A stretch of 64,000 nucleotides of DNA, taken from contig JAXHMY010000008.1 of assembly GCA_034520965.1 (NCBI GenBank), positions 64,001 through 128,000 of the forward strand, given 5' to 3'. The notes beneath the pieces are model-generated. The model worked only from the letters and a program-made list of their open reading frames with translations, had not been told where the DNA came from and made no database searches. Within the stretch, counting starts at the first letter, position 1; the number at the start of each line of letters is the position of its first letter. Both the position numbers and the translations under genes were made by a program. Of this stretch, positions 30,077 to 39,249 are shown piece after piece. The DNA is from Spirochaetia bacterium (GTDB lineage: Bacteria > Spirochaetota > Spirochaetia > DSM-16054 > Sediminispirochaetaceae).

Positions 30077-31311
30077 TGGCAGCAGATACATTACAAGTTA
30101 ATAATATACAAAAGGAAGCGCAGGCACAGATAGCTTCTCTTCCCGCTCCAGGAGCTCCGGATGAAGCCTGGCGCAGGGTTCCCCTGGGACCGATTTCAGC
30201 TTTGCTCCAAAATCAGAGCGCAGCCTCACAGGTAAAGAGCGGAAGGGTTGATATTTATGCCGATAATACCCTTTTATCACCCCTCGATACTTCGGGCGGA
30301 GGAGTAAGCCCTGTAGTCAAGAGATGGCGAGAACTGGAAGCTCTGCGGCAGGAGCACCGGCTGGAGCGGCCGAATGACATTGAGCAGAACCAACTGTTTG
30401 CATACCCTCTTGCATATGCTCAAAGTATCTACCAATTGAAAATTGCTGCCGAGGACTCTACTGAAACTATTCAAATTGATATCCGCCTCAATGCCAATGA
30501 AACTGACGGAGTTTCGACTCCGATTTATTATTTCCCAGTGTTGCTGATTCATGCTGAAAAAAACAGCTCGGCTTCGGTTCAGATCAAGCTTCATTTAGGC
30601 GAAGAAAATCAAACGGCGGTGATGCTGTCCCGTACAGTTTTAATACTTGAAGATGGCGCCTCAGTTGACTATCAGGATGCTGCTGCGGCTACGAATAGAA
30701 TTACTGCCGGCTATCAACTGGAACAGGCGTATCTTGGAAGGGATGCCCAACTGCGGATAGGACGGGAGATCGGCAGTTTTGAAACGGGTATGCACGATGG
30801 TCGCTATGCATTGCTGGGGCGAGGGGCCCGCTTGGAGGAATATACTCTCATGCAAGCGGGAGATATCGGCAGCAGCGATCGCAGTTTTTGTGGTCAAAAG
30901 TCTGTGGTTGAGCAGTATGCCCCCCATACTATGAGTAATGTGGAAACCCGTTCAATTTTAGGAGCAGCAGCCCACGGCATGTTTGTGGGTACCATTAAGA
31001 TTCCTACCGGAGCACCCGGTTCTAGCGGTCATGAGCAGCACCGAAGCTTGCTGCTCAGTCCGCAGAGTCGAATAGAGTCGCTCCCGGAGCTTGAAATAGT
31101 TGAGAATGATGTAAGCTGCAGCCATGGTTCAACGGTAACCGAGCTTGACCCCGAATCCCGCTATTATCTTGAATCGCGGGGTATTAGCCGGGAAGATACT
31201 CGAGTTTTGTTGACCGCTGCATTTACCGATCAGCTTAGATCGCGCATGCCCGGTGCACAGTTCGAACTGAATGAGTTAGCATATGTAGAGGAGGAGAGTA
31301 GCAGTGAGTGA
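30076..31311 (+). CDS. sufD: Fe-S cluster assembly protein SufD (divergent)
   Basis: EAWR N-terminus; PELEI.ENDV.CSHG.TV; YYLESRGI. Confidence 0.85.
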   Translation: MAADTLQVNNIQKEAQAQIASLPAPGAPDEAWRRVPLGPISALLQNQSAASQVKSGRVDIYADNTLLSPLDTSGGGVSPVVKRWRELEALRQEHRLERPNDIEQNQLFAYPLAYAQSIYQLKIAAEDSTETIQIDIRLNANETDGVSTPIYYFPVLLIHAEKNSSASVQIKLHLGEENQTAVMLSRTVLILEDGASVDYQDAAAATNRITAGYQLEQAYLGRDAQLRIGREIGSFETGMHDGRYALLGRGARLEEYTLMQAGDIGSSDRSFCGQKSVVEQYAPHTMSNVETRSILGAAAHGMFVGTIKIPTGAPGSSGHEQHRSLLLSPQSRIESLPELEIVENDVSCSHGSTVTELDPESRYYLESRGISREDTRVLLTAAFTDQLRSRMPGAQFELNELAYVEEESSSE

Positions 31312-31741
31312 TAGTTTATACCGGGATATTTTGCTTGATCATTATAAATCCAAGAAACATAGATTTGAAATTGTAGACCCAACTAGCAAAGAAGAGGGGA
31401 AAAACCCGCTTTGTGGCGACACTATAACCTTGTTCACCAAAATGAACGGGACGCACATTGAAAAGGTAAGTTACGACGGCCACGGCTGTTCTATTTCTAT
31501 GGCCTCCAGCAGTATGCTCTGTGAGGCCCTGGAGGGGCATACTGTGGATGAGGCCTTGGAGAGGATCCAGCAATTTAAGGAGATGCTGCTTACCGATCAT
31601 GAGGTAGAGTTCCCGGATGATATAGCCGACCTAGAGGCGATGTCCGGGGTGAAGCAGTATCCGGTGCGGATAAAATGTGCGTTGTTGGTGTGGAATACTG
31701 CAGAGCAAATGCTCAAGGAGTCACAGCCGGATGTACAGTAA
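31304..31741 (+). CDS. sufU: SUF system sulfur-transfer/scaffold protein SufU
   Basis: LYRD.LLDHY, NPLCGD, GCSISMAS, PVRIKCALL.W. Confidence 0.9.
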   Translation: MSDSLYRDILLDHYKSKKHRFEIVDPTSKEEGKNPLCGDTITLFTKMNGTHIEKVSYDGHGCSISMASSSMLCEALEGHTVDEALERIQQFKEMLLTDHEVEFPDDIADLEAMSGVKQYPVRIKCALLVWNTAEQMLKESQPDVQ

Positions 31742-32039
31742 AGAAGAACTGCTTGTGAAGCTGCGGCCGGTAGAGGACCCTGAAATCGGATTCTCGATCG
31801 TAGATATGGGGCTGATTTATGAGCTCTATCAGGATGAAGAGGAAAGGGTGCATGTAAAGATGACACTTACCACTCCTATGTGTCCTATCGGCCCTTCAAT
31901 CGGCGAGAACGTGAAACAGACGCTCCTATCGGATCCTCATATTCCTGAAGTTGATTTTGAGTGGACCTTTAGCCCCCCTTGGGACCCTAAGACGATGGCA
32001 AATGATGAAGTAAAGTGGGAAATGGGCATTTTCTCCTAA
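31731..32039 (+). CDS. Metal-sulfur cluster assembly factor (DUF59/SufT)
   Basis: VEDPEIG.SIVDMGLIY, MTLTTPMCP, PPW. Confidence 0.9.
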   Translation: MYSKEELLVKLRPVEDPEIGFSIVDMGLIYELYQDEEERVHVKMTLTTPMCPIGPSIGENVKQTLLSDPHIPEVDFEWTFSPPWDPKTMANDEVKWEMGIFS

Positions 32040-32072
32040 GCTTTTCTTAGTCCTCCTTAGTGGTCCAAGCCA

Positions 32073-32100
32073 TTGACAATTCCTCGCATGCCGATACACT
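32073..32100 (+). promoter_or_regulatory. Putative sigma70 promoter of ettA
   Basis: TTGACA-16-TACACT. Confidence 0.5.
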
Positions 32101-32139
32101 ACTACATAAATACAGCAATAAAATAAAGGACACATACAG

Positions 32140-33825
32140 ATGGCAGAAGGCGATAAGAAGGTAATTTACTCCATGATGCGGGTGAGTAAATTGCATGGTA
32201 AGAAGAAGGTTCTCAAGGATATATCTCTCTCCTATTATTACGGGGCAAAAATCGGCGTGCTGGGACTCAACGGTTCCGGTAAGAGCACACTGTTGCGGAT
32301 CATGGCCGGAGTAGATACTCATTATGAGGGCGAAGCGGTGCTCTCTCCTGGTTACTCAGTTGGCTTTTTAGAGCAAGAACCCCATCTGGCGGCCGGGAAA
32401 ACCGTACGAGAGGTGGTTGAAGAGGGTGCTCAGGAGGCTGTGAGTCTACTTGCTGAATACGATCGTATTAATGAGCAGTTTGCAGAACCTATGGAAGCGG
32501 ATGAAATGGAAAAACTCCTCCAACGCCAGGGTGAGGTGCAGGAGAAACTCGATGAGGTAGACGCCTGGAATCTCGACTCGCATCTGCAGCTTGCTATGGA
32601 TGCCCTGCGTTGTCCTCCTGAAGAGCAGGTGGTTGATAATCTATCAGGAGGTGAACGTCGTCGTGTAGCCCTCGTTAGGTTATTGCTGCAGAATCCGGAT
32701 ATCCTGCTGCTGGACGAACCGACCAACCATCTGGATGCAGAGTCGGTGGAATGGCTGGAGCAGCATTTGCAGCAGTATGCAGGGACGGTTATAGCGGTTA
32801 CCCACGATCGTTACTTTCTGGATAATGTAGCCGGGTGGATACTCGAGCTGGATATGGGGGAAGGTATTCCGTATCGCGGAAATTACTCCTCATGGCTGGA
32901 GCAGAAGCGCGGCCGGCTTGAACTGGAGGAGAAGCGGGAAAGCGAGCGGCAGAAAACCCTTAGTCGTGAGTTGGAGTGGATTCGTATGGCCCCCAAGGCG
33001 CGGCAGGCAAAAAGCAAGGCCAGGATTAACTCTTACGAGGATCTTTTAACCCAGAATCAGGAAAAGCGACAGCAGGAGCTACAGATTTTTATTCCACCCG
33101 GTCCCCGTCTGGGAGATGTGGTAATCGAAGCGGACAAGGTGTCAAAGGCTTACGATAATCGGCTGCTGGTCGATGACCTTAGCTTCTCTGTTCCCCCCGC
33201 AGCGATAGTGGGGATTATCGGGCCAAACGGTGCCGGAAAGACTACCCTGTTTCGCATGATTACCGGGAAAGAGAATCCGGATAGGGGTACTTTGAAAATC
33301 GGTGAGACAGTAAAATTAGGGCATGTTGATCAGATGCGTGAAGCCCTTGAACCGGATAAAAGTGTTTGGGAGATGATTTCCGACGGACAGGAGGAAATTC
33401 AGCTTGGCAAGCGAACCGTCAACTCCCGAGGCTATGTGTCCCGCTTTAATTTCCTAGGGGCCGATCAGCAGAAGAAAGTGGGGGTGCTCTCCGGGGGAGA
33501 GCGGAACCGTATCCAAGTGGCTATGATGCTCAAAAGTGGAGCTAACTGTCTGCTGCTGGATGAACCGACCAATGATCTGGATGTAAATACGATGCGTGCC
33601 CTGGAGGACGGGCTTCTGGGGTTTGCCGGCTGTGTTCTGGTTATCTCCCACGACCGCTGGTTTCTAGACCGCATTGCTACTCACATTCTAGCCTTTGAAG
33701 GCGACAGTTCGGTACGTTGGTTTTACGGAAACTACTCCGAATATGAAGAGGATAGGCATCGGCGTCTGGGAATCGAAGCGGACACTCCGCATAGGGTAAA
33801 ATACCGTAAATTAACAAGGGATTAG
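32140..33825 (+). CDS. ettA: Energy-dependent translational throttle protein (ABC-F)
   Basis: GAKIGVLGLNGSGKS, AMDALRCPP, ELEWIR..PKARQAKSKAR, two ABC domains. Confidence 0.95.
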   Translation: MAEGDKKVIYSMMRVSKLHGKKKVLKDISLSYYYGAKIGVLGLNGSGKSTLLRIMAGVDTHYEGEAVLSPGYSVGFLEQEPHLAAGKTVREVVEEGAQEAVSLLAEYDRINEQFAEPMEADEMEKLLQRQGEVQEKLDEVDAWNLDSHLQLAMDALRCPPEEQVVDNLSGGERRRVALVRLLLQNPDILLLDEPTNHLDAESVEWLEQHLQQYAGTVIAVTHDRYFLDNVAGWILELDMGEGIPYRGNYSSWLEQKRGRLELEEKRESERQKTLSRELEWIRMAPKARQAKSKARINSYEDLLTQNQEKRQQELQIFIPPGPRLGDVVIEADKVSKAYDNRLLVDDLSFSVPPAAIVGIIGPNGAGKTTLFRMITGKENPDRGTLKIGETVKLGHVDQMREALEPDKSVWEMISDGQEEIQLGKRTVNSRGYVSRFNFLGADQQKKVGVLSGGERNRIQVAMMLKSGANCLLLDEPTNDLDVNTMRALEDGLLGFAGCVLVISHDRWFLDRIATHILAFEGDSSVRWFYGNYSEYEEDRHRRLGIEADTPHRVKYRKLTRD

Positions 33826-33829
33826 GCTT

Positions 33830-34738
33830 ATGAAAACATTGGCATTCGGCGAAGTACTGTGGGATATCATTAATGGAACAGAGTATATCGGAGGCGCCCC
33901 GTTTAATTTAGCCTCTCATCTGGCACAGATGGGGGCTGACTCGGCTATGGTATCGGCTGTTGGTGATGATGAGCGGGGAGTTCGCGCTCTGCAGAGTGTA
34001 AAAGAGAAGGGAGTCGTGGATAGCTATATTGCCACTCTCCCTGGTGTCCCTACCGGCATCGTAGAGGTGGAACTTGATGCAGCGGGAAAGCCGACGTATG
34101 TGATTCGAGAGGGAAGCGCATGGGATTCGATCGAGCTATCTGAAACTCAGATGAAGGCAATCCGCGTAGAAGACTGGGACATAGTGGCCTTTGGTTCGCT
34201 GGCTCAGCGTACAAAAAACAATCAGGCTATCCTTGAGCAGGTATTGGAGGCTGCGGCTCCCAAAGAGGTTTTTTGTGATGTCAATCTTCGCCTGGACTAC
34301 TACTCTAAGGCGGTTATTTCGCGCTCCCTGAAACACAGTACTATTTTGAAGCTGAATGATGAGGAAGTGCCGGTTATATCAAAACTGCTCTACGGTGAAG
34401 AGCTGTCGGACCGGGATTTTTGCCGGAGGATGACTGAGGACTGGAATATTCATACTACCGCCATTACCCGCGGCAAACAGGGTGCATCTGTGTACAGAGC
34501 GGAAGACTACATCCACGTTCCGGTTGTAGATGTTCCGGTGGTGGATACCGTTGGCGCCGGTGACAGCTTCTCGGCGGCTTTCTTGTTCGGGTTCTTCTTT
34601 ACCCATGATATCGACAAGGCGGCCAATTTGGCTTCTTTGGTAAGCTCGTACGTTACTTCAAGGAGCGGAGCTATACCCCACTATGATGAACCGGTGCAGA
34701 AGGCGATTGAACGGGTCCATCGCGAGGCTATAGAATAG
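33830..34738 (+). CDS. PfkB-family carbohydrate kinase (fructokinase-like)
   Basis: GEVLWD, GGAPFN, DVNLR, LKLNDEE, DTVGAGDSF. Confidence 0.9.
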   Translation: MKTLAFGEVLWDIINGTEYIGGAPFNLASHLAQMGADSAMVSAVGDDERGVRALQSVKEKGVVDSYIATLPGVPTGIVEVELDAAGKPTYVIREGSAWDSIELSETQMKAIRVEDWDIVAFGSLAQRTKNNQAILEQVLEAAAPKEVFCDVNLRLDYYSKAVISRSLKHSTILKLNDEEVPVISKLLYGEELSDRDFCRRMTEDWNIHTTAITRGKQGASVYRAEDYIHVPVVDVPVVDTVGAGDSFSAAFLFGFFFTHDIDKAANLASLVSSYVTSRSGAIPHYDEPVQKAIERVHREAIE

Positions 34739-34761
34739 TACTGTATTCCGTCCGGCAGTTA

Positions 34762-35106
34762 TTAATCAAATATTATAACAGCCGTCATTATCAGAGGGAT
34801 TCGGCCGATGTTGGCGATGCTGTGTGATTCTCCATCTCTGGTAATCACTACATCTCCGGGACCGACCTTTTTGCTACCCTCCGACTCCTCGACTTCCCCA
34901 TCTCCCTCGTGAATTAGGTAGTATTCAGTTTCGCCGTCATGTTGGTGCGGGCCTATACTGGCACCGACTGGAATGTCGATACGAGCCATGAGCCGACCGT
35001 TTTTTATCTGATCTTTATCCACTAAATGGGTGATAGCGATAGTTCCGGAACCTCCTCGCATATTCTCTTTCAGTTCAGTCTGCATTGCATCTCTTTTGTT
35101 GATCAT
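34762..35106 (-). CDS. Cupin domain protein
   Basis: MRGG.G, SIG.HQH..E.E.Y.I..G.G, GESHSI.N. Confidence 0.85.
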   Translation of the reverse strand: MINKRDAMQTELKENMRGGSGTIAITHLVDKDQIKNGRLMARIDIPVGASIGPHQHDGETEYYLIHEGDGEVEESEGSKKVGPGDVVITRDGESHSIANIGRIPLIMTAVIIFD

Positions 35107-35124
35107 CTGCTAGCCTCCATGCGT

Positions 35125-35400
35125 TTATTTTCTTGGTGGAAAATCGTAGTGTCGCTCAAACAACTTTTTTACTTGAGCAGCCACTTTTTCGTCGTCCGGT
35201 CCTTCTACTCTTATTTTTACTTCATCCTTCTGTACAAGGCCAAGCGAAAGCAGCCCCATGACGCTGTTCAAATTGACACTGAAACCATGTGCTTCAGCGC
35301 TGATTTTGCCGGAGTAATCTCTTATCTCCTCAATGATAACTCCCGAAGGACGGACATGAATGCCGGCTTGGTTTTGTACAACAGCGGTTTTTTCTACCAT
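35125..35400 (-). CDS. ptsH: HPr-family phosphocarrier protein
   Basis: NQAGIHVRPS (His15 region), SVMGLLSLG (Ser46 region), EGPDD; start at ATG 35400. Confidence 0.85.
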   Translation of the reverse strand: MVEKTAVVQNQAGIHVRPSGVIIEEIRDYSGKISAEAHGFSVNLNSVMGLLSLGLVQKDEVKIRVEGPDDEKVAAQVKKLFERHYDFPPRK

Positions 35401-35577
35401 GGTGGTATTGTAATGCAAAGAATCTAATATTTGAAGCCGCATAATAAAAATTTATAGTTGAAGAATTACTATTTATTGAGGTAATCTGTGTAACAGAGTT
35501 GTATGGAAAATTTTGTGCTTCAGGGGTTGAATCTTATCTAAGTGATCTTAAACCGGAGTATACTCTGCATATAAACA

Positions 35578-35868
35578 ATGAAAATAGCCGAATACGGCTA
35601 TTCTCATACTAGTAAAAGGAAAAAGGAAATGAACGAATCACTCATACCCGGCCGCTGGTACAGGCTGGAGTTACCATTGGAAAAAATTTTTTATGCCGAA
35701 TACATTGTCGAAAAAAACAATCCCCAGGTTAGTTGGTTCCGTTTTCTTGATGGTTCCCGTAAGGCAACCGGAGATGTTCTTCCTTATGTAACTTCTATCA
35801 TAGAAATTGAGGCTCCCGAGAAAAGCCGTAATTACGATATCCGTGACTATACGGATGTGGAAGAATAA
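35578..35868 (+). CDS. Hypothetical protein (start may be ATG 35629)
   Basis: ORF co-oriented with and 9 nt before the next gene; no motif. Confidence 0.5.
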   Translation: MKIAEYGYSHTSKRKKEMNESLIPGRWYRLELPLEKIFYAEYIVEKNNPQVSWFRFLDGSRKATGDVLPYVTSIIEIEAPEKSRNYDIRDYTDVEE

Positions 35869-35877
35869 GGGGACGGG

Positions 35878-37074
35878 GTGAAGTTGCAGAGGCTGGATAG
35901 GGTGGCACTGTTTGCCGCCTTATCACTTTTTTTGTCGATAATCGAACTTGTCATACCCAAACCAATCCCTTTTTTTAGGCTAGGCCTGGCCAATTTGCCG
36001 TTGTTAATTGCTCTGACTTTTTTTAATCGGCGTGAATTTGTGCTTCTGGTACTTTTAAAGGTCTTTGGGCAGGGGATTGTCTCCGGTACCCTCTTTTCAT
36101 ACGTGTTTTTATTTTCTGCAACCGGAAGTTTTTCCTCCGGTGCGGTTATGCTGCTGCTGCGCAGATGGTATCCAAAGGGAATCTCTCTTGTGGGAATCGG
36201 GGTAGTGGGAGCCTTCGCAAGCAATAGTGCCCAGCTGCTGTTTGCCTCGCTGTATATTTTTGGACGGAGTACCTGGCTGATTGCACCACTATTTTTACTG
36301 ATTGGAACTGTCAGCGGGATGATTCTAGGCGCTACTGCCGGCTATCTATTGCAGCATTCAAGATGGCTGGCGGTTATGCCGGTTGAAGAGTCGCCGGACC
36401 AGCCTTCCCAGCCTCCAAAACATGAAAAACATGCGGAAAAGATGGATGCACCCGTTGTGCGGGTTACACCCATGGTCCGGCTCCTCACCGGTTTGTTGAT
36501 GATTGCTCCTTTTATAATGCAGCCTCAGATTCTCCTCAAGTTTGTCCATATTCTGCTGTTTGGTGTGGCTTCTCTCTACCTGGGAAAGCGTGTGCGAATT
36601 CTTCCCGGAATAATGATAGCTGCCGCAGTAACCGGAGCCCAATTGTTGACTCCTCTAGGCGAGGTGCTTACCTACATCGGCTCCTTCCCGATTACCGCTG
36701 GGGCCCTCCGGCAGGGTGTGCTGCGGGGGCTGAACTTGGTGGGATTGGTATATTTGTCACGGTATGCGGTTTCTTCGGGGCTGCCGATCCCCGGGAAATT
36801 GGGTGCGCTTCTCTACAGGGTGTTTTATTACTTTGAAGAATTGACTGCCTATAGGGTGGTACGGGACAGGAGTACCGGTTTTCGGGGGAATATCAAACAG
36901 GCTCTTATGGGAATAGACGGTTTTTTATTGGAGCTTTCGCTTTCATCAGCAGGAGCAGCTGAAGGCAGAGCGGCAAAGCTGGTTATGCCGGGACTCGGTG
37001 TCCATATAATACTGCCATTGGTGGGTGTAGGGCTCCATTGGATTCTATATGCGGTCGGGTTTGTATATTTATGA
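35878..37074 (+). CDS. Gx transporter family (so-called heptaprenyl diphosphate synthase component I) protein with C-terminal EcfT-like membrane domain
   Basis: LSIIE..IPKP.PF.RLGLAN, SGTLFS, S.VG..V.GA..SN..Q; second hydrophobic domain with ITAGALRQG..RGL.L. Confidence 0.7.
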   Translation: MKLQRLDRVALFAALSLFLSIIELVIPKPIPFFRLGLANLPLLIALTFFNRREFVLLVLLKVFGQGIVSGTLFSYVFLFSATGSFSSGAVMLLLRRWYPKGISLVGIGVVGAFASNSAQLLFASLYIFGRSTWLIAPLFLLIGTVSGMILGATAGYLLQHSRWLAVMPVEESPDQPSQPPKHEKHAEKMDAPVVRVTPMVRLLTGLLMIAPFIMQPQILLKFVHILLFGVASLYLGKRVRILPGIMIAAAVTGAQLLTPLGEVLTYIGSFPITAGALRQGVLRGLNLVGLVYLSRYAVSSGLPIPGKLGALLYRVFYYFEELTAYRVVRDRSTGFRGNIKQALMGIDGFLLELSLSSAGAAEGRAAKLVMPGLGVHIILPLVGVGLHWILYAVGFVYL

Positions 37075-37102
37075 AAAGGAGTATAAAATTTCGGCTGTTG
37101 TA

Positions 37103-37131
37103 TTGACATAGTTGTAGAGTACTGTTAGCGT
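37103..37131 (+). promoter_or_regulatory. sigma70 promoter of the ilv-leu leader
   Basis: TTGACA(37103-08)-17-TAGCGT(37126-31) with extended TG. Confidence 0.65.
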
Positions 37132-37174
37132 TCTTGTAACTATAAACTTTCACTTATTCTGAGGAGAATGCAGT

Positions 37175-37378
37175 ATGCAGAACGCAATAATGAACGTGAT
37201 GACCGCTATTTCAATTTCTATTATCGCCCTCATCATCATTATTATTGTTGCAAGTCTGTCTCTCCTAATTACCAACCTGCTACTAAGCCTATCGGGCATT
37301 ATTATTCTACTAATTAGTGGAGCTCGAGGTGAGTTCCATTGTTCCTGCCGTAGTAATACGGCCCCTGCACACTGCTAA
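37175..37378 (+). CDS. Ile/Leu-rich attenuation leader peptide of the ilv-cim-leu operon
   Basis: SD GAGGAG 8 nt upstream; 15 Ile, 10 Leu and 2 Val in the first 47 codons; 6 of 10 Leu codons are CTA; directly upstream of ilvB. Confidence 0.8.
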   Translation: MQNAIMNVMTAISISIIALIIIIIVASLSLLITNLLLSLSGIIILLISGARGEFHCSCRSNTAPAHC

Positions 37379-37570
37379 ATAGCAGCCCGCAGCGGGAAAA
37401 GCATAGGAACAATGAAGCTACCTCGACTCATCCACCCTGGTTATAGGTATATCTAAAGTATAGATATGCAGGTAACCGGGGACCGGTATATCCTAAAGTC
37501 GAGAGCTGCTGCCGATTGTTCCTCCTTTTCTCACTCCTGCGGGAATGTCTTAAATTGAGAGGAGGAGAGG
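37324..37570 (+). promoter_or_regulatory. Alternative-helix RNA switch ending in an SD-sequestering stem
   Basis: 37324-46 pairs with 37405-26; 37386-427 alternatively pairs with 37498-543; 37522-33 pairs with SD region 37556-67. Confidence 0.7.
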
Positions 37571-39238
37571 ATGAAAGGCGCGAGAATACTGGTTGAAGCA
37601 TTAAAAAAAGAGGGAGTTGATACTCTTTTTTGTTATAACGGCGGGGCCGTTATTTCGATTTTTGATGAGCTTTACACCCACGGTAAAGAGATCAATTTAA
37701 TCCAGCCCCGGCACGAGCAAGGGGGAACCCATGCTGCTGATGGGTACGCCCGTTCAACCGGCAAACCGGGGGTTGTATTAGTAACCTCCGGTCCGGGGGC
37801 TACCAATACCATCACCGGTATTGCTACCGCATATATGGATTCGGTGCCCTTGGTGGTGTTTACCGGGCAGGTGTCTACCGGAATGATAGGGACCGATGCG
37901 TTTCAGGAAGCTGATACGGTGGGCATCACAATGCCCATTACTAAAGCCAACTTTCTGGTAAAGAACGTAGAGGAACTTGCTTCTACGGTGAAGAAGGCCT
38001 TCCATCTGGCTATCACCGGCAGACCGGGTCCGGTGGTTGTGGACATCCCCAAGGATGTTCAGATGGACGAGACCGATTTTTCCTACCCCCTTACTCCCGA
38101 CTTGCCCGGATATCGGCCCAAGGATAGCGGCCATCCTCGCCAAGTGAAAACCCTGAAAAAATACCTTCATGAAGCCCGTAAGCCGGTGGTCATCTCCGGT
38201 GGAGGGGTAAACAGCGCCGGAGCAACCGAGCTGATGAACGAGTTCTGTGATCGCTACGGTGTACCGGTGGTGACAACTCTGCTGGGCCATGGAGTTTCCC
38301 CACAGCATGAAGAGCTCAATTACGGACCAATCGGAATGCACGGTTCTCTGTACGGTAACTATGCCCTGCAAAATTGTGACCTGCTTATGGCATTCGGGAC
38401 CCGCTTCTCCGACCGTATTATGGGGGATCCCGATGTGTTCGCCGAACAGGCTCGAATTGTTCACGTAGATATTGATGCTGCAGAAATCGGAAAGAACATT
38501 TCTGTTGATTTGCCGATAGTGGGGCCGATTTCCGGTGTGTTGGAGGAGCTCAACCGCGAGGAGAGCTACGCTGACTATTCCAAGTGGGTAGAAGAACTCC
38601 GAGCATACCGTAGCGAAAACCCCCTCGAATTTGATCAAAGCGATGTTTTAAAGCCGCAATACCTTATCCAACTTGCACAGAAGTACTTTCCCGAAAATAC
38701 CATAGTAGCCTCCGATGTAGGCCAGAACCAGATGTGGGTGGCTCAGTACTTTCACTTTCATCGCGGCCGTCGTCTGCTTACCTCCGGAGGCCTTGGTACA
38801 ATGGGCTACGGCCTGCCTGCGGCTATTGGTGCTGCAGTTGGGAACCCGGATGCCCAAGTACTGACGGTATCCGGGGATGGGGGCTTCCAAATGAATATGC
38901 AGGAAATGGCTACCGTGAAGCAGTACGGGCTGAAAGTAAAAATGCTGGTTCTGGACAATAGTTGCCTCGGTATGGTGCGCCAGTGGCAGCAGTTGTTATT
39001 TGATAAGCGCTACTCAGGTACATGCATGAATGATAACCCGGATTTCGGCTTGATGGCAAAAGCAATGGGTATTCCTTCATTGAAGCTTGAAAAAGTTTCC
39101 GAGGCCGAGCAGACAATGAAGGCCTTTGCCGAGAGCGAGGGGAGTATGCTGCTGCATGCCGTGATTGAGGGCGAAGAGAACGTGGTTCCGATGGTACCGG
39201 CGGGAAAACCTTTAGATAAAGTAATTCGCAAAATCTAG
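37571..39238 (+). CDS. ilvB: Acetolactate synthase large subunit
   Basis: RHEQG..HAADGYAR, TSGPGATN, AFQEAD, DVGQNQMW, GDGGFQMN, LGMVRQWQ. Confidence 0.97.
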   Translation: MKGARILVEALKKEGVDTLFCYNGGAVISIFDELYTHGKEINLIQPRHEQGGTHAADGYARSTGKPGVVLVTSGPGATNTITGIATAYMDSVPLVVFTGQVSTGMIGTDAFQEADTVGITMPITKANFLVKNVEELASTVKKAFHLAITGRPGPVVVDIPKDVQMDETDFSYPLTPDLPGYRPKDSGHPRQVKTLKKYLHEARKPVVISGGGVNSAGATELMNEFCDRYGVPVVTTLLGHGVSPQHEELNYGPIGMHGSLYGNYALQNCDLLMAFGTRFSDRIMGDPDVFAEQARIVHVDIDAAEIGKNISVDLPIVGPISGVLEELNREESYADYSKWVEELRAYRSENPLEFDQSDVLKPQYLIQLAQKYFPENTIVASDVGQNQMWVAQYFHFHRGRRLLTSGGLGTMGYGLPAAIGAAVGNPDAQVLTVSGDGGFQMNMQEMATVKQYGLKVKMLVLDNSCLGMVRQWQQLLFDKRYSGTCMNDNPDFGLMAKAMGIPSLKLEKVSEAEQTMKAFAESEGSMLLHAVIEGEENVVPMVPAGKPLDKVIRKI

Positions 39239-39249
39239 GAGGAAAAACA

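Noticed and set aside
37175..37378. uORF as an ordinary small membrane protein
   Set aside because: Hydrophobicity comes almost only from Ile/Leu, with no Phe/Trp in the stretch, strong CTA bias and placement before ilvB; not fully excluded.
37132..37570. T-box riboswitch upstream of ilvB
   Set aside because: No T-box antiterminator consensus or terminator seen; the uORF and anti-SD pairing explain the region better.
37778..38638. 286-aa antisense ORF and similar shadow ORFs (1801..2475, 55530..56207)
   Set aside because: They lie opposite well-conserved genes, have no motifs, and are expected from codon bias.
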